A DNA stretch of 64,000 nt from an uncultured delta proteobacterium (lineage in GTDB: Bacteria; Desulfobacterota; RBG-13-43-22), in NCBI GenBank assembly GCA_963790475.1, contig CAWBOS010000006.1, positions 448,001 to 512,000 on the forward strand, given 5' to 3'. The notes under the pieces were generated by a model, which was given only the letters and a program-made list of their open reading frames with translations, was not told the DNA's origin and did not search any database. Both the position numbers and the translations under genes were made by a program. Shown piece by piece: positions 20,969 to 32,092 of the stretch; the first letter of the stretch is position 1, and every line of letters starts with the position of its first letter.

Positions 20969-21963
20969 CTCATACTCCCCATCCATAACATGATCCCGCC
21001 GGTTACCATAATATTGAGCAGCGCAATAGGGATGAGCACCTTCCAACCCAGGTCCATGAGTTGATCGTAACGCAGCCTGGGCAAGGTGGTCCGCATCCAG
21101 ATCATAAAAAAAACAACGGCCAGGACCTTGATCGAAAACCAGACCAGCGGCGGGAGTCCGGGGCCGTGCCAACCTCCCAAAAAGAAAACGGTCGTCAACC
21201 CCCCCAGGACGATCAGGGTCACATATTCTCCTAAAAAATAAAGACCGAAGCGCATCCCGCTGTATTCCAGATGATAGCCGGCTACCAGTTCACTTTCGGC
21301 TTCGGCCAGATCAAAGGGAATCCTTTTGCTTTCCGCCACGGCGCTGATAAAAAAAATGATCATGGCTATGGGCTGCACCAAGATGAATGGATAGGATGCT
21401 TGGGCAGCGACGATCTCCACCAGGCTGAACGACCGGGTCATCATGACCACCGGGACCAGGGAAAGCCCCAAGGAAAGTTCATAGCTGATCATCTGGGCGG
21501 CACCGCGGATACCCCCCAAAAAGCTGAATTTGGAATTGGAGGCCCAGCCCCCCAAGGCTATCCCGTAGACACTGATCGACGAGAGGGCCAGCACATAAAG
21601 GAGTCCGATGTTAAGATCGGTGACGACCATAGGAATGGGAAGACCCTTAAAGGTCATCCCTTTTCCGAAGGGGATGACCGCAAAAATGAGCAAGGCCGTG
21701 GAGGCCACCACCGCCGGGGCCAAAAGAAAGACGATGCGGTCCGCTCCTTGAGGAACCGTGTCTTCCTTGGTCAGCATTTTAATGATATCGGCCAGGGGTT
21801 GAAGAAGCCCGAACGGACCAGCCCGGTTAGGACCGTAGCGGACCTGTAGCCGTCCCAAGAGCTTCCGTTCGGCCAGAGTCAAATAGGCGGCCGACAAGAG
21901 TAAGACTACCAACACCAGACCCAGCTTGATCAAAAGGATAATGAATCCTAATATCCAGATCAT
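20965..21963 (-). CDS. nuoH: Complex I subunit H
   Basis: [40 protein letters not shown]. Confidence 0.96.
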   Translation of the reverse strand: MIWILGFIILLIKLGLVLVVLLLSAAYLTLAERKLLGRLQVRYGPNRAGPFGLLQPLADIIKMLTKEDTVPQGADRIVFLLAPAVVASTALLIFAVIPFGKGMTFKGLPIPMVVTDLNIGLLYVLALSSISVYGIALGGWASNSKFSFLGGIRGAAQMISYELSLGLSLVPVVMMTRSFSLVEIVAAQASYPFILVQPIAMIIFFISAVAESKRIPFDLAEAESELVAGYHLEYSGMRFGLYFLGEYVTLIVLGGLTTVFFLGGWHGPGLPPLVWFSIKVLAVVFFMIWMRTTLPRLRYDQLMDLGWKVLIPIALLNIMVTGGIMLWMGSMR

Positions 21964-24470
21964 ATCCGCCCCCTGCTTTTTTGGATTCGATCCGGGGTCA
22001 ATCGGATGGGAAAGTTGGTTATTTTTTGCCAGGCCAGTTGCTCATGACGGGGCAGGATCATGACTCCCGCTGCCAGGTGATCATTCAGATCTATGGCCAC
22101 TTCCAAGGGGCCGCCGTCGAGAGATAAAATCGCCCGATCCCCTTTCTGGAGACCTAATCGAGTTCCCTCTTCAGTCGAGATGGTGAGACGGGGTTTTTCC
22201 TCCACTTCCCGAATCGGTTCCGAATAAGTGGAAAGCTCTTCGGTGGCAAAAGTCCACTCGACCAATAGGAGTTCAATCTGATCTGGTGAACTGACTTTTT
22301 TATCCGGGGGTAAGGATTCAGTCAGGGGAAAAAGATTCTCCCGCGTCTGAGGGGAAAACAGGCGTATTTCATCTTCAGGGTGATTCAAGCCCTGGAGAGG
22401 AGAGAAGATCGGATTTTCATGGGCCAGTTCCGTCCACAGGGTATCGAGGGAAAGGTCCGACCCGGGGGATAGAAGATGTGACAATTCGGACAAAATATTC
22501 CACGCCGGCCTGGGCTCCCCTCCGGGAATATCCTGGCCGAACTGACGGGGGGGGTGCCCCCCGCCGCAGACCTGTTCAAGGGGAAGACCGCCGCGATAAA
22601 TCGCAGGAGCCCATTGGACCCGTCCTTCCTGATTGATGAAATGCCCACCGGCCTCGAAGACCGTTTGGGTGGGGAGGAAGAAATGGGCCTGTCGGACCGA
22701 GGCGGAAGGCAGGTAGTCCATGACCAGTAAACAGTCCAGTTTTTTTAAGGCCCGTTCCAAAAGGGTTCTATCCGGAAAGAACCGGAATGGATCGGCCTCA
22801 ACCAGGATCAACCCGGCGATTTCCCCTTTTTCCATCGCCTCCAGGGTCTTTGGAAAAGAACGGTCTGGGGGCGAGAGCAGGGCCGCGCCAAAAGAGTTGG
22901 CCCCAGGCAGCAAGTAGAAAAGACCGGCCCGCTGTTCCTGGGCTTGAAGCAAAAGGACCAAATCGGCGGCTAGGGTAGGGGTGGTGGGCCTGACGATGTC
23001 CGTGCCGCAGACGATGACCGGCCGATGACTTTGTTTTAGCCCATGAGCAATTTCCATAAAACGGGTGTGAATTAAAGGATCGGGGGTGTAGGTATCGGGG
23101 AGGGCCTCATAAAATCGGAGGGCTTCTGTTCCCGTCTTTTCAGCCGTTGAAGGATTGACCGCCTTTTTGAGAATAACGCTCAGGCAAAGATCCAGTTCGT
23201 CCGGTCTAACCGTCAGGGTTTCAAAGTTCAGGGGAAGAAAGACCGGGCGAGGGTCGATGACCACGATGGAGGCCCCTGCTCTAAAAGCCTGTCTTAAGGC
23301 CAGGGCCGACAGGGGGGCTTCATTGATCGGATCCGCTCCCACCACCAGAATGAAATCCGCTTGCTCGATCTCCCTCAAGGAAATGGAAATCCGGGCATCA
23401 GTCCTGGAAACCGCCCTTTGGATCGCTCTTTCTCTTAGGGGATCGATCAGATATCCAGGGTCGGGCCACCCCTGGGTCCGGCAAAGACCTTTAAGCATGG
23501 CCTGGGTCTCCAGAGAACTTCTTGACGAACCCTGACAGGCAACAGACTCTTTTCCGAATTTTTGGATCAGGCTGGAGAACTTTTTGGCTGCGGCCTGAAG
23601 GGTCTGATCCAGGGGAACTTCGTCCAATCCTATTCTGGCCCGGCGCGGTCTCTCCGGATGGTTGGCATAATCAAAGCCATATCGCCCACGGTCACAAATA
23701 AAATATCCGTTGACCTTGTTGCTGAAACCGGCTTCCTGGCGTACCACTTGCCGGTAGCGGACGCTGGTCACGACCCGGCAGCCCAGGGAGCAATGGATGC
23801 ATAGAGAAGGACCTCGCTCGAAATCCCAGCGCCGTCCTTTATAACGAGAAGGTTTATCGGTCAGGACCCCGGTGGGACAGAGATCGATGATATTGCCGGA
23901 AAAGGGGTTTTCCAGAGGTCCGTCGTTGAAGCGGCCTAAATAGGTCCGGTCGCCGATCCCCAAGGCGCCGAAATCCCGATATCCGGCAAACTCCTGATAA
24001 AAGCGACGGCAGCGATAACAGTGGATGCAGCGGTTCATTTCATGCTGGACAAAAATCCTGAGTTCCTGATCGATATAAGTCCGTTTCCGGCCGGGATAGC
24101 GCCGCATCCCATGACCGCCGGCCACGGTCAGGTCCTGGAGCAGACAATGGCCGCCTTCATCGCACACCGGGCAGTCATGAGGATGATTCATCATCAACCA
24201 TTCGATGACCGAACGGCGAAAATCGACAGCTTCATCAGCGGTGGTGGAGACCACCATGCCATCCCTGGCCTCTTCCATACAGCTCATCTTCACCCCTTTG
24301 ATCGGGCCTTCCAGGAACATTACCGCGCACATCCGGCAGGCCCCGAGGGATCCCAATGCGGGATGAAAGCAAAACCTGGGGATGATGATCCCCAACTCTT
24401 CGGCTGCTTCGATGACTTTGGTCCCTTTGGGGACATCTATGGTCAAGTTATCGATGATGATATTAGGCAT
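21960..24470 (-). CDS. nuoG: Complex I subunit G
   Basis: PRFC..GACRMC, HPHDCPVCDEGGHC, CIHCYRC, DLCPTG, extra CIHCSLGC..CDRG cluster motif. Confidence 0.95.
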   Translation of the reverse strand: MPNIIIDNLTIDVPKGTKVIEAAEELGIIIPRFCFHPALGSLGACRMCAVMFLEGPIKGVKMSCMEEARDGMVVSTTADEAVDFRRSVIEWLMMNHPHDCPVCDEGGHCLLQDLTVAGGHGMRRYPGRKRTYIDQELRIFVQHEMNRCIHCYRCRRFYQEFAGYRDFGALGIGDRTYLGRFNDGPLENPFSGNIIDLCPTGVLTDKPSRYKGRRWDFERGPSLCIHCSLGCRVVTSVRYRQVVRQEAGFSNKVNGYFICDRGRYGFDYANHPERPRRARIGLDEVPLDQTLQAAAKKFSSLIQKFGKESVACQGSSRSSLETQAMLKGLCRTQGWPDPGYLIDPLRERAIQRAVSRTDARISISLREIEQADFILVVGADPINEAPLSALALRQAFRAGASIVVIDPRPVFLPLNFETLTVRPDELDLCLSVILKKAVNPSTAEKTGTEALRFYEALPDTYTPDPLIHTRFMEIAHGLKQSHRPVIVCGTDIVRPTTPTLAADLVLLLQAQEQRAGLFYLLPGANSFGAALLSPPDRSFPKTLEAMEKGEIAGLILVEADPFRFFPDRTLLERALKKLDCLLVMDYLPSASVRQAHFFLPTQTVFEAGGHFINQEGRVQWAPAIYRGGLPLEQVCGGGHPPRQFGQDIPGGEPRPAWNILSELSHLLSPGSDLSLDTLWTELAHENPIFSPLQGLNHPEDEIRLFSPQTRENLFPLTESLPPDKKVSSPDQIELLLVEWTFATEELSTYSEPIREVEEKPRLTISTEEGTRLGLQKGDRAILSLDGGPLEVAIDLNDHLAAGVMILPRHEQLAWQKITNFPIRLTPDRIQKSRGRI

Positions 24471-24529
24471 AGTACCAGTTAGTTCACTAGATTTTGGGTT
24501 CCTTCAGCCCCTGCGACGGGCAGGAGTCT

Positions 24530-25813
24530 TCAGCCTGTTTTCATGCTGAAGGGACACTTCTTCTGGGAGATGTGCTCCTGAATCTCCTCGACAAAATCCT
24601 CCACCAAACCCGTGACCGGAGTGGCCGCCCCAGGGGCAAAGGCGCAATAGGAATACGACATAAAGCCGCTCATTTTCTTGAGAAGGGGGATGTATTCTTC
24701 TTTCCCGTCACCGGCCTCAATGCGCTGGAGCAGTTCCCGAATATAAGGCAGCCCCTCGCGACAAGGGGTGCAGAACCCGCAGGATTCCCGGGCAAAAAAC
24801 TGAATCAAATTCAATGTAGCTCCTACCAGGCAGGTTGTATGATCGAAAACCATAATGGCCCCGGTGCCGAAACGATGTCCGTGGCCCATTTTTTGAAAAG
24901 ATTCAAAATCCATTTCGATATCATGATATTTTTTTGGCAGAAAGCGGGTGGAGGCGCCGCCGGGTAAACAGGTTTTGTATTCATAACCGGGCTTCATTCC
25001 ACCGGCATGAATTTCAATGATCTCCGATAATGGGGTCCCGAAAGGCAGTTCGAAACACCCCGGTTGAAGGACCCGGCCGCTGACGCTGTAAATCTTATGG
25101 CCTACGGCGGCCTGGCTTCGGGCCAGATTCCGAAACCATTCGGCACCGTTTTTCAGAATGTGAGGCACGTAGGCCAGGGTTTCGGCGTTATTGATGATGG
25201 TGGGTTTTTCCCAGAGCCCTTCGCTGGTCAAGTGTCCTTCCAGGTTGGGATAAGGTCTTTCCCCTTCCAGGGCATGGACCAACCCCTTGGCTTCACCGCA
25301 AATGTATCTTCCCCCGCTGCGATGAATAACCAGATCGAGGCTGTAAGGGCCTCCCAGGATATTATGGCCCAGCAAACCGGCCTGTCTGGCTTCTTCAGCC
25401 GCCTTTTCCAATACCTGGGCGCAGGCTTCATAGGCCGGCCTGATAAAAACATACCCCTTTTCGGCCGAGGCCGTATAGCCAGCAATGATTAAACCTTCAA
25501 GTAGGGCATGGGGGTTGTGCTGAACCCAGAAACGGTCTTTAAAGGTTCCCGGTTCCATTTCATCGGTGTTGGCGATCACATATCGAGGGAAGGAGGCCTC
25601 TTTTCTAAGAGACCACTTTTGGCCGGTGGGAAAACCGGCTCCTCCCAGGCCTCGAAGGCCTGAGTCCGTTATAATTTGAACGATCTCCTGAGGGGAATAG
25701 CGGCCTAGGGCCATGGCCAATCCCTGATAGCCTCCCATTTTCTTATAGGCTTCCAGAAAGAAGGTCTGGTCGGCCTTTTCTTTTTGGAGAATCAAAGGGG
25801 GATGCTGCTCCAT
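24530..25813 (-). CDS. nuoF: Complex I flavoprotein subunit F with atypical nucleotide pocket
   Basis: GLRGLGGAGFPTG, DEMEPGTFKDR, YICGEAK, ESCGFCTPCREG..CAF. Confidence 0.95.
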   Translation of the reverse strand: MEQHPPLILQKEKADQTFFLEAYKKMGGYQGLAMALGRYSPQEIVQIITDSGLRGLGGAGFPTGQKWSLRKEASFPRYVIANTDEMEPGTFKDRFWVQHNPHALLEGLIIAGYTASAEKGYVFIRPAYEACAQVLEKAAEEARQAGLLGHNILGGPYSLDLVIHRSGGRYICGEAKGLVHALEGERPYPNLEGHLTSEGLWEKPTIINNAETLAYVPHILKNGAEWFRNLARSQAAVGHKIYSVSGRVLQPGCFELPFGTPLSEIIEIHAGGMKPGYEYKTCLPGGASTRFLPKKYHDIEMDFESFQKMGHGHRFGTGAIMVFDHTTCLVGATLNLIQFFARESCGFCTPCREGLPYIRELLQRIEAGDGKEEYIPLLKKMSGFMSYSYCAFAPGAATPVTGLVEDFVEEIQEHISQKKCPFSMKTG

Positions 25814-26307
25814 CAGCGGACCTCTTCCTGTGGAGGTTTCCAGTCTCTTAATCGTTGAAGGATTTCATCTATCGATTCGGGATCCAGAGGGCCGTACAAT
25901 TTTCCATTAATCAACATGGCCGGGGCATGGTCGCAATAACCGATACAGCCCGCCGGCAGAAGGGTAAATAAGCCGTCTTCGGTCGTTCCTCCCAAGGCAA
26001 TACCGAGGCATTGACTGAGATAACTTATAACCGATTGGTGGTTGAACATCCAGCACATGAGGCCGTCACAAACATGGATCACATACTTCCCAACCGGCCG
26101 ACGGTAGATAAAATCGTAAAAAGTGGCCAGCTCCTCCAGTTCCAGAGAGGTCATCCCCAGCAAGAGGGCTCCTTCCTGAAGGGCCTCGTCACTCAAGTAC
26201 CCGTGGTGTTTTTGCAGGGCGAACATGACCTCCACGGCCAGTTCACGGGGGTGATCGGATCCCTCTATTTTGTTTCTCAAAATATTCAATGTTTCTTCAG
26301 GTAACAT
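25813..26307 (-). CDS. nuoE: Complex I subunit E
   Basis: ATFY, CDGLMC..CIGYC 2Fe-2S motif. Confidence 0.95.
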   Translation of the reverse strand: MLPEETLNILRNKIEGSDHPRELAVEVMFALQKHHGYLSDEALQEGALLLGMTSLELEELATFYDFIYRRPVGKYVIHVCDGLMCWMFNHQSVISYLSQCLGIALGGTTEDGLFTLLPAGCIGYCDHAPAMLINGKLYGPLDPESIDEILQRLRDWKPPQEEVR

Positions 26308-26405
26308 TGCTTTATTCGCAGTATGGCATAATGCTCAATATTGAAAGCTCCAAACTCAAAGCTCAAAGAAAAAATCCAATTGGGAAATTCGTAAATCAAT
26401 AGCCC

Positions 26406-28862
26406 TCATCGATCAATATCCGGTAAAATATAGTCAATAGAACCGATGATGGAAAGCAGATCGGACACCAGACCGCCGCGGGCCATCAAGGGCATGGCTT
26501 GCAGATTGGCAAATCCGGGGGTTCGGATGCGCATCCGGTAAGCCATATTAAGACCGTCGCTGACCACATAATATCCCTGCTCCCCGCGAGGAGCCTCCAC
26601 GGCCGTATAGGCCTCCCCCCTGGGGATCTTAGGGCCCCGAGTGACATTGATAAAATGGTAAATCAGGCTTTCGATATCCTTCAGGGTATCGCTTTTCTTG
26701 GGCACCGCATAGCGATAGTCATCGGTAGTATAACGACCGCCGGGCATCTTGCGCGCGGCCTGTTCGATAATCCGCAGGCTCTGGCGCATCTCTTCGACCC
26801 GGACCTGATAACGGGCATAGCAGTCCCCCTCCTGGGCATAAGGGATATCGAAATCAAATTGCTCATAAGAGGAATAGGGGAACTGCTTGCGCAGGTCCCA
26901 TTGAAGTCCGCTGGCCCGCAAGTTCGGGCCGGTTACCCCCCATTCCATGGCCTGCTCCAGGGAAAGAGTGCCGACGCCTCGGGTACGGACCTCAAAAATG
27001 GGGTTTCGGGTGGCCAGGGCCTCATAGTCCTTGATCCGGGCTGGAAAAATTTTTATGAAATCATCTATCGGTTTCTTCCAGCCTTCCGGCAGGTCGTCGG
27101 CCACGCCTCCGATGCGAAACCAGGAGGGATGGAGACGCCCGCCGGTGATATGCTCGATAATATCCATGATCTTTTCACGGTCCCGAAAGGTATAAAAGAC
27201 CGGGCCGATGGCCCCCAGGTCCTGCAGAAAGGTGCCGAACCAGACCAGGTGATTACTCAGACGAAAAAGTTCACCCAGCATCACCCGGATGTATTGTGCC
27301 CGTTCGGGGACTTGGATTCCTGTCAGGGTCTCTACCGAATGAAGGTAGGCCAGGTTGTTGTAGACACCGGAGAGATAATCCACCCGATCGGTATAGGGGA
27401 TGAATTGATGCCAGGATTGGCGCTCACCGATCTTTTCCACCGAACGGTGGTGATAGCCGATGTCCATGTCGATATCGGAGATCCTTTCCCCTTCCAGGGC
27501 CAGGACAAAACGCATCAGGCCGTGGGTGCCCACATGATGGGGGCCCATGTTCAAGAACAGCCTTTCATCGTCGCGGTCTTTTCTTCGGATGATGATCCCG
27601 GCATCGAGGGGCTGATATTTTTGGGCATCGGCCCGCGTATAAGGAGGCATCTCAGTGGCCCGGCCGGGATAATTCTTCCGTAAAGGATGCCCTTGCCAAT
27701 CGTGGGGCAGGAGGATCCGGCAAAGGTTGGGATGGCCCTCGAATCGGATACCGAAAAGATCATAGACTTCCCGCTCATACCAGTCGGCCGAAGGCCAGAT
27801 ATCGGTGATGCTCTTGGCCTTCGGGTCTTTCCCGGTCAAAGGGACCTTCAAGCGCAGACGCCCGGCCGGTTGGAAAGAAAGCAGGTGATAGACGAGGGTA
27901 TAATCCGGATAAGCCTGTTGATCCGGAACTCGGGGCTGATTCCGGCTGATCTCTTTTCCGACCGTTCCGTCGTAAGAGTTAAAATTTCCCCGATCCCTGC
28001 GGGCCGATTCATCCACGGCCGTCAGATCATCCAGCCGCAGAAATCTGGGACTGGATTCGGTTTTTAAAAAACGCAGGACCTCTTTGATCCGTTCCTCAGC
28101 TACTTTAAAGGTCACCATATCCGAAGGGTCAAGGGTTTGATCGACCGCCTGGCCGAATCGTTCCTTTAAAACTTCTGTCAAAGAACGGTCCCGGTCGTTC
28201 AAGGTGATCCTGGGGGGCGGTGGTGTCCACATCAGATCAGACCGGCTGTCCCAAAATTGCGGCGGGGTGACGGATGTGCCTCTGATGGGGATCCCTTGAT
28301 AACCCGGCCCCCGGGAATCCCGGGCCTTGGTCTGTCCGTCGATCAGAATAGGCTTTTGAGATCCCTGCGTCCCTCCGGCCAGATGCAAGATCGGACGAGT
28401 CGGTTTTTCCTTTTCAATTTTTTTCTGCAGCAAGACCAAACCTTCCAGGACGGCTTCGGGCCGAGGAGGACAGCCGGGGATGTAGACATCCACCGGCAAT
28501 ATCTGATCGACGCCCTGGACCACGCTGTAACAATCATACATACCCCCGCAGTTGCTGCAAGACCCCATGGAAATGACCCATTTGGGCTCCGGCATCTGTT
28601 CATAGAGCCTCAAGATAATGGGGGCCACCTTTTTAAAAATAGTGCCGGAAGTGATCAGGAGATCCGATTGACGGGGGGAGCCGCGAAGGACCTCGGCCCC
28701 GAAACGGGCCATATCATAGCGGGGAGTCAGGGCCGTTGACTCCTCGATAAAGCAACAGGACAATCCGAAAAAGGAAGGCCAGAGGCTGTATTTTCGGGAC
28801 CAGTTGATCAGCAGATCCAATCGGTCCAGGGTCTTATTTTTGAGCCGATCGAAATGTTTCAA
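26406..28862 (-). CDS. nuoBCD: Fused complex I subunit B/C/D
   Basis: GLSCCFIE and PGCPP (B), WYERE.YDLFG..GHPLRK (C), NMGPHH..HG, EAPRGE, DIDR (D); TTG start at 28862 inferred. Confidence 0.93.
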   Translation of the reverse strand: MKHFDRLKNKTLDRLDLLINWSRKYSLWPSFFGLSCCFIEESTALTPRYDMARFGAEVLRGSPRQSDLLITSGTIFKKVAPIILRLYEQMPEPKWVISMGSCSNCGGMYDCYSVVQGVDQILPVDVYIPGCPPRPEAVLEGLVLLQKKIEKEKPTRPILHLAGGTQGSQKPILIDGQTKARDSRGPGYQGIPIRGTSVTPPQFWDSRSDLMWTPPPPRITLNDRDRSLTEVLKERFGQAVDQTLDPSDMVTFKVAEERIKEVLRFLKTESSPRFLRLDDLTAVDESARRDRGNFNSYDGTVGKEISRNQPRVPDQQAYPDYTLVYHLLSFQPAGRLRLKVPLTGKDPKAKSITDIWPSADWYEREVYDLFGIRFEGHPNLCRILLPHDWQGHPLRKNYPGRATEMPPYTRADAQKYQPLDAGIIIRRKDRDDERLFLNMGPHHVGTHGLMRFVLALEGERISDIDMDIGYHHRSVEKIGERQSWHQFIPYTDRVDYLSGVYNNLAYLHSVETLTGIQVPERAQYIRVMLGELFRLSNHLVWFGTFLQDLGAIGPVFYTFRDREKIMDIIEHITGGRLHPSWFRIGGVADDLPEGWKKPIDDFIKIFPARIKDYEALATRNPIFEVRTRGVGTLSLEQAMEWGVTGPNLRASGLQWDLRKQFPYSSYEQFDFDIPYAQEGDCYARYQVRVEEMRQSLRIIEQAARKMPGGRYTTDDYRYAVPKKSDTLKDIESLIYHFINVTRGPKIPRGEAYTAVEAPRGEQGYYVVSDGLNMAYRMRIRTPGFANLQAMPLMARGGLVSDLLSIIGSIDYILPDIDR

Positions 28863-29259
28863 AATGATATATCCATTCCAGTCCCTGTTTCTTCCAGATA
28901 TATACCAGACCGGCCAGCAAAAGGATGATGAAAACAGAAATTTGAAGCCACCCGGTCCATCCCAGATCGGTAAAGGCCACGGCCCAGGCCAGGATGAAGG
29001 CGGCCTCGACATCGAAGATCAGAAAGAAAACCGCCACCAGATAAAAGGGGACGGGATAAGAAAACCCTGCCGGACCGGTGGGAATGATGCCGCATTCATA
29101 GGGCCTTTTTTTTTCGGTGCTGATCTTCTTTTCCCCGAGCCAGGAAGCCAGGAAAAGAAGAAGGGCTATCAAAATCAGTATCATCAGGCCATATAGAAAA
29201 AGGGCCGTCAGACCCGGTTCCCAAGGAGATAAGATAATCATTGGGGGTATAGGTTGCAT
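28834..29259 (-). CDS. nuoA: Complex I subunit A
   Basis: [23 protein letters not shown]. Confidence 0.95.
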   Translation of the reverse strand: MQPIPPMIILSPWEPGLTALFLYGLMILILIALLLFLASWLGEKKISTEKKRPYECGIIPTGPAGFSYPVPFYLVAVFFLIFDVEAAFILAWAVAFTDLGWTGWLQISVFIILLLAGLVYIWKKQGLEWIYHFETFRSAQK

Positions 29260-29335
29260 GAGAGATTATCCATGGTCAAAGGGTTCGATTCCGCCTTTGG
29301 CGAGATTGAATCCGCTTTCATTTCTTATCGGGACC

Positions 29336-30211
29336 TTACCGGGCAGAGGGGATTATCATGGTCTTCCAGTCTTGGGAAAATTTGTCCATTCCCTTGGTGG
29401 TCAGATCATGGGCCAGGTCATATTCCTGCCGGTTCTTGCTGAGATTCATCTCCCGGTAAGGAATGTCTTTCAGTTCTCCTTTGTTGTAGGTATAGGTTGG
29501 GTCCGGCAGGGGCAGGCCCTGTTCTCCCCAGTGCTTTAAGATATCGAAAGGGGCGGTGATGATGTCCGATCCCAGTTTGAGGGCATATAAAAAATGGTCC
29601 ATAGTCCGGACACTGGCGGTCAGCACTTCCACATGACCGTCCCCTTTTTGATACATGCGAAGGATATTGGAGATCAAATCCATGCCGTTCTCTCCCCGAT
29701 CATCCAGACGACCGATAAAAGGGGATACAAAGACATCCCCTTTTTTGGCCCCCCGGGTGGCGGCATAAACGGCCGCGGCCTGTTCCTGTGAAAAACACAA
29801 GGTCAGGTTGACCCGAAGGCCCATTCCGACCGCCGCTTCAGCGGCCTTCAACCCTTCCGGGGAGGTGGGGAATTTTATATGGGCATTAGGGATCCAGGAA
29901 AACATATCCTGTCCCTGTTTTAACATTGATTCGGCCGGGGTTTGAAGATCGGCATAGACCTCGACGGATACGGACCCCCGGGGAATCAGGCTGGAGATCT
30001 TCTGGACCACCTGCCGGTAAAACCCAAAGATTTCCTCCTGATTGAATTTCTCTCCTTTTTCCAGACGTCGGCGGGCCTCGGGATTTTTGGAGATAAGGGT
30101 CGGGTTAGTGGTTTGACCATCAAGGAATCCCAAAGTGCGGAGGATTTTCCCGGTTTCCTCGGGATCTCCCCCGTCGAGAAAAATGCGGGTTTTAAGGTTT
30201 TCCGGTTTCAT
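29336..30211 (-). CDS. tal: Transaldolase (short family)
   Basis: IFLD, QTTNPTL, HIKFP, NLTLCFS, SPFIGRLDD, ASVR. Confidence 0.9.
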   Translation of the reverse strand: MKPENLKTRIFLDGGDPEETGKILRTLGFLDGQTTNPTLISKNPEARRRLEKGEKFNQEEIFGFYRQVVQKISSLIPRGSVSVEVYADLQTPAESMLKQGQDMFSWIPNAHIKFPTSPEGLKAAEAAVGMGLRVNLTLCFSQEQAAAVYAATRGAKKGDVFVSPFIGRLDDRGENGMDLISNILRMYQKGDGHVEVLTASVRTMDHFLYALKLGSDIITAPFDILKHWGEQGLPLPDPTYTYNKGELKDIPYREMNLSKNRQEYDLAHDLTTKGMDKFSQDWKTMIIPSAR

Positions 30212-32040
30212 AACAGCTCCTTCACTTTTTTGATGATCGCTTCTTTGAATATTTGCTCATAGGCCAGAAGTTCCGCCGGGGTCCCGCTCTTGGGCATGCT
30301 CCTGACGGCCAGGGAGTGAATGACTATCTCCTCTCCGTCAAAAGCGCTCCTGACCGCTTCTCCCAAACCGCCTTCGGCATGATGATCTTCCACGGTGATG
30401 ATGCACCTGGTCTCTTGGGCCGCCTCTTTCAGGGTGGCCGAGTCCAGCGGCTTGATGCTGTAAAGATCGATGATGCGCAGGAAAAGATCTTCTTTTTTTA
30501 GTTCCTCGTAGGCCTGGAGGGCCTCGAATAGGGTGATGCCGGCCGCCACGATGGTCACTTTATCCTGAGGGCTTTTTTTCAGCACTTTTGATCCGCCAAT
30601 CGGGAACCGATCACTATTGGAATAAAGGATCGGTGTAGCCATGCGGGTGGTTCGAATATACACCAGGCCATAGTGGAGGGCCGCCTCCTCCACCAATCGT
30701 TCGGTGGATACCGCGTCGCTGGGATAGAGAACCACGCTGCCCAAAATGCTTCGGAACAGGGCGATATCTTCCAAACCCATTTGGGAAGGGCCGTCTTCGC
30801 CGATGGACACCCCGGCATGGGAGCCGCAAAATTTGATATTGGCGTTCGAATACTGGCTCATCCTGATCTGGTCGAAGGCCCGGGTAAAAAAGGCGGCAAA
30901 AGTGGAAAGGAAGGGGATTTCCCCTCTTGTCGAAAGACCCAGGGCAGTGCCCACCATATTTTGTTCAGCGATGTACATTTCAAAGAACCTATCCGGATAG
31001 TCTTTCTTAAATATTTCGGCATAGGTAGAATTACTGACTTCAGCGTCAAGAACAACCATATTGGGATAGCGAGGGAAAATCCGCTTCAAGGCTTGCCCGT
31101 AAGCCTTCCGGGTAGCTATGGGGGTATCAGTCGGATAGAAGGGCTCCTCGATTTTCCGGGCAATACTTCGGGCCGGTTTCAGGTCTTCCGGTTTGGCTAT
31201 CTCCCCCACGATAGTCTTGTCCACCTCGCCCAGTTCCTTCAGGGCTTGTTCCAGTTGCTCTTTAGACAACGTTTTTCCGTGCCAGCCGTTTTTATCTTCA
31301 ATAAAAGAAACCCCTTTCCCTTTGATGGTCCTGGCAATGATCATCACCGGTTTTTCTTTGGCATCCAGGGCCTGTTTATAAGCGGAAAGAATCGGTTCGA
31401 GATCATGGCCATCGATCAGGATGGTCTCCCAGCCGAAGGAAGCAATGCGGTCTCGATAGGCTGTCAGATCATGGCCATACATGGTTTCTCCCCGTTGACC
31501 GAGACGATTGACATCGATGATGCCGATAAGATGGTTCAATTTATAGTAGGCCCCGATCTCCATGGCCTCCCATAAGGAACCTTCGGCCATCTCACTATCG
31601 CCCATGAGGACATAAGTGTGGTAAGGGAGCTTATCCAGATATTGTCCGTTAAGGGCTATTCCCAGTCCGATGGACAGCCCTTGTCCGAGAGAACCGGTGG
31701 CCGCTTCGGCGTATCTAAAACTAGAGGTGGGGTGGCCTTCCAGGGGGCTGCCGAATTTTCTTAAGGACATCAATTCCTCCTCCGTGACCTGCCCGGCTGC
31801 TGCCCAAAGGGAGTAAAAGAGGGGAGAGGCGTGGCCTTTGGAGAAAATGAGACGATCGTTATTAGGATGGTCCGGTAACCGGACGTCATAATGAAAGATG
31901 CCGCTGAACAGTAAACCGGTCATCAAATCAGTGGCCGATAATGAGGAACTGGGATGGCCCGATCCGGCCTCCGTAGTAGAAACCAGAGAATAATAGCGAA
32001 TCAACTTGGCTATTTTTTGCAATTTTTCCATTGGATTCAT
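30208..32040 (-). CDS. tkt: Transketolase (short, animal-TKT-like)
   Basis: GHPSSS, SKGH, GSLGQG, GDSE..EG, IAEQNM, GEDGPSQM. Confidence 0.93.
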   Translation of the reverse strand: MNPMEKLQKIAKLIRYYSLVSTTEAGSGHPSSSLSATDLMTGLLFSGIFHYDVRLPDHPNNDRLIFSKGHASPLFYSLWAAAGQVTEEELMSLRKFGSPLEGHPTSSFRYAEAATGSLGQGLSIGLGIALNGQYLDKLPYHTYVLMGDSEMAEGSLWEAMEIGAYYKLNHLIGIIDVNRLGQRGETMYGHDLTAYRDRIASFGWETILIDGHDLEPILSAYKQALDAKEKPVMIIARTIKGKGVSFIEDKNGWHGKTLSKEQLEQALKELGEVDKTIVGEIAKPEDLKPARSIARKIEEPFYPTDTPIATRKAYGQALKRIFPRYPNMVVLDAEVSNSTYAEIFKKDYPDRFFEMYIAEQNMVGTALGLSTRGEIPFLSTFAAFFTRAFDQIRMSQYSNANIKFCGSHAGVSIGEDGPSQMGLEDIALFRSILGSVVLYPSDAVSTERLVEEAALHYGLVYIRTTRMATPILYSNSDRFPIGGSKVLKKSPQDKVTIVAAGITLFEALQAYEELKKEDLFLRIIDLYSIKPLDSATLKEAAQETRCIITVEDHHAEGGLGEAVRSAFDGEEIVIHSLAVRSMPKSGTPAELLAYEQIFKEAIIKKVKELL

Positions 32041-32092
32041 TTTCAAACCCCCCTTAGGTCAAAAATACTTTCCTCAGTCCCTGGGATCCGGA

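Noticed and set aside
26406-28862. NuoB-C-D triple fusion as a novelty
   Set aside because: Already known from Geobacter-like deltaproteobacteria.
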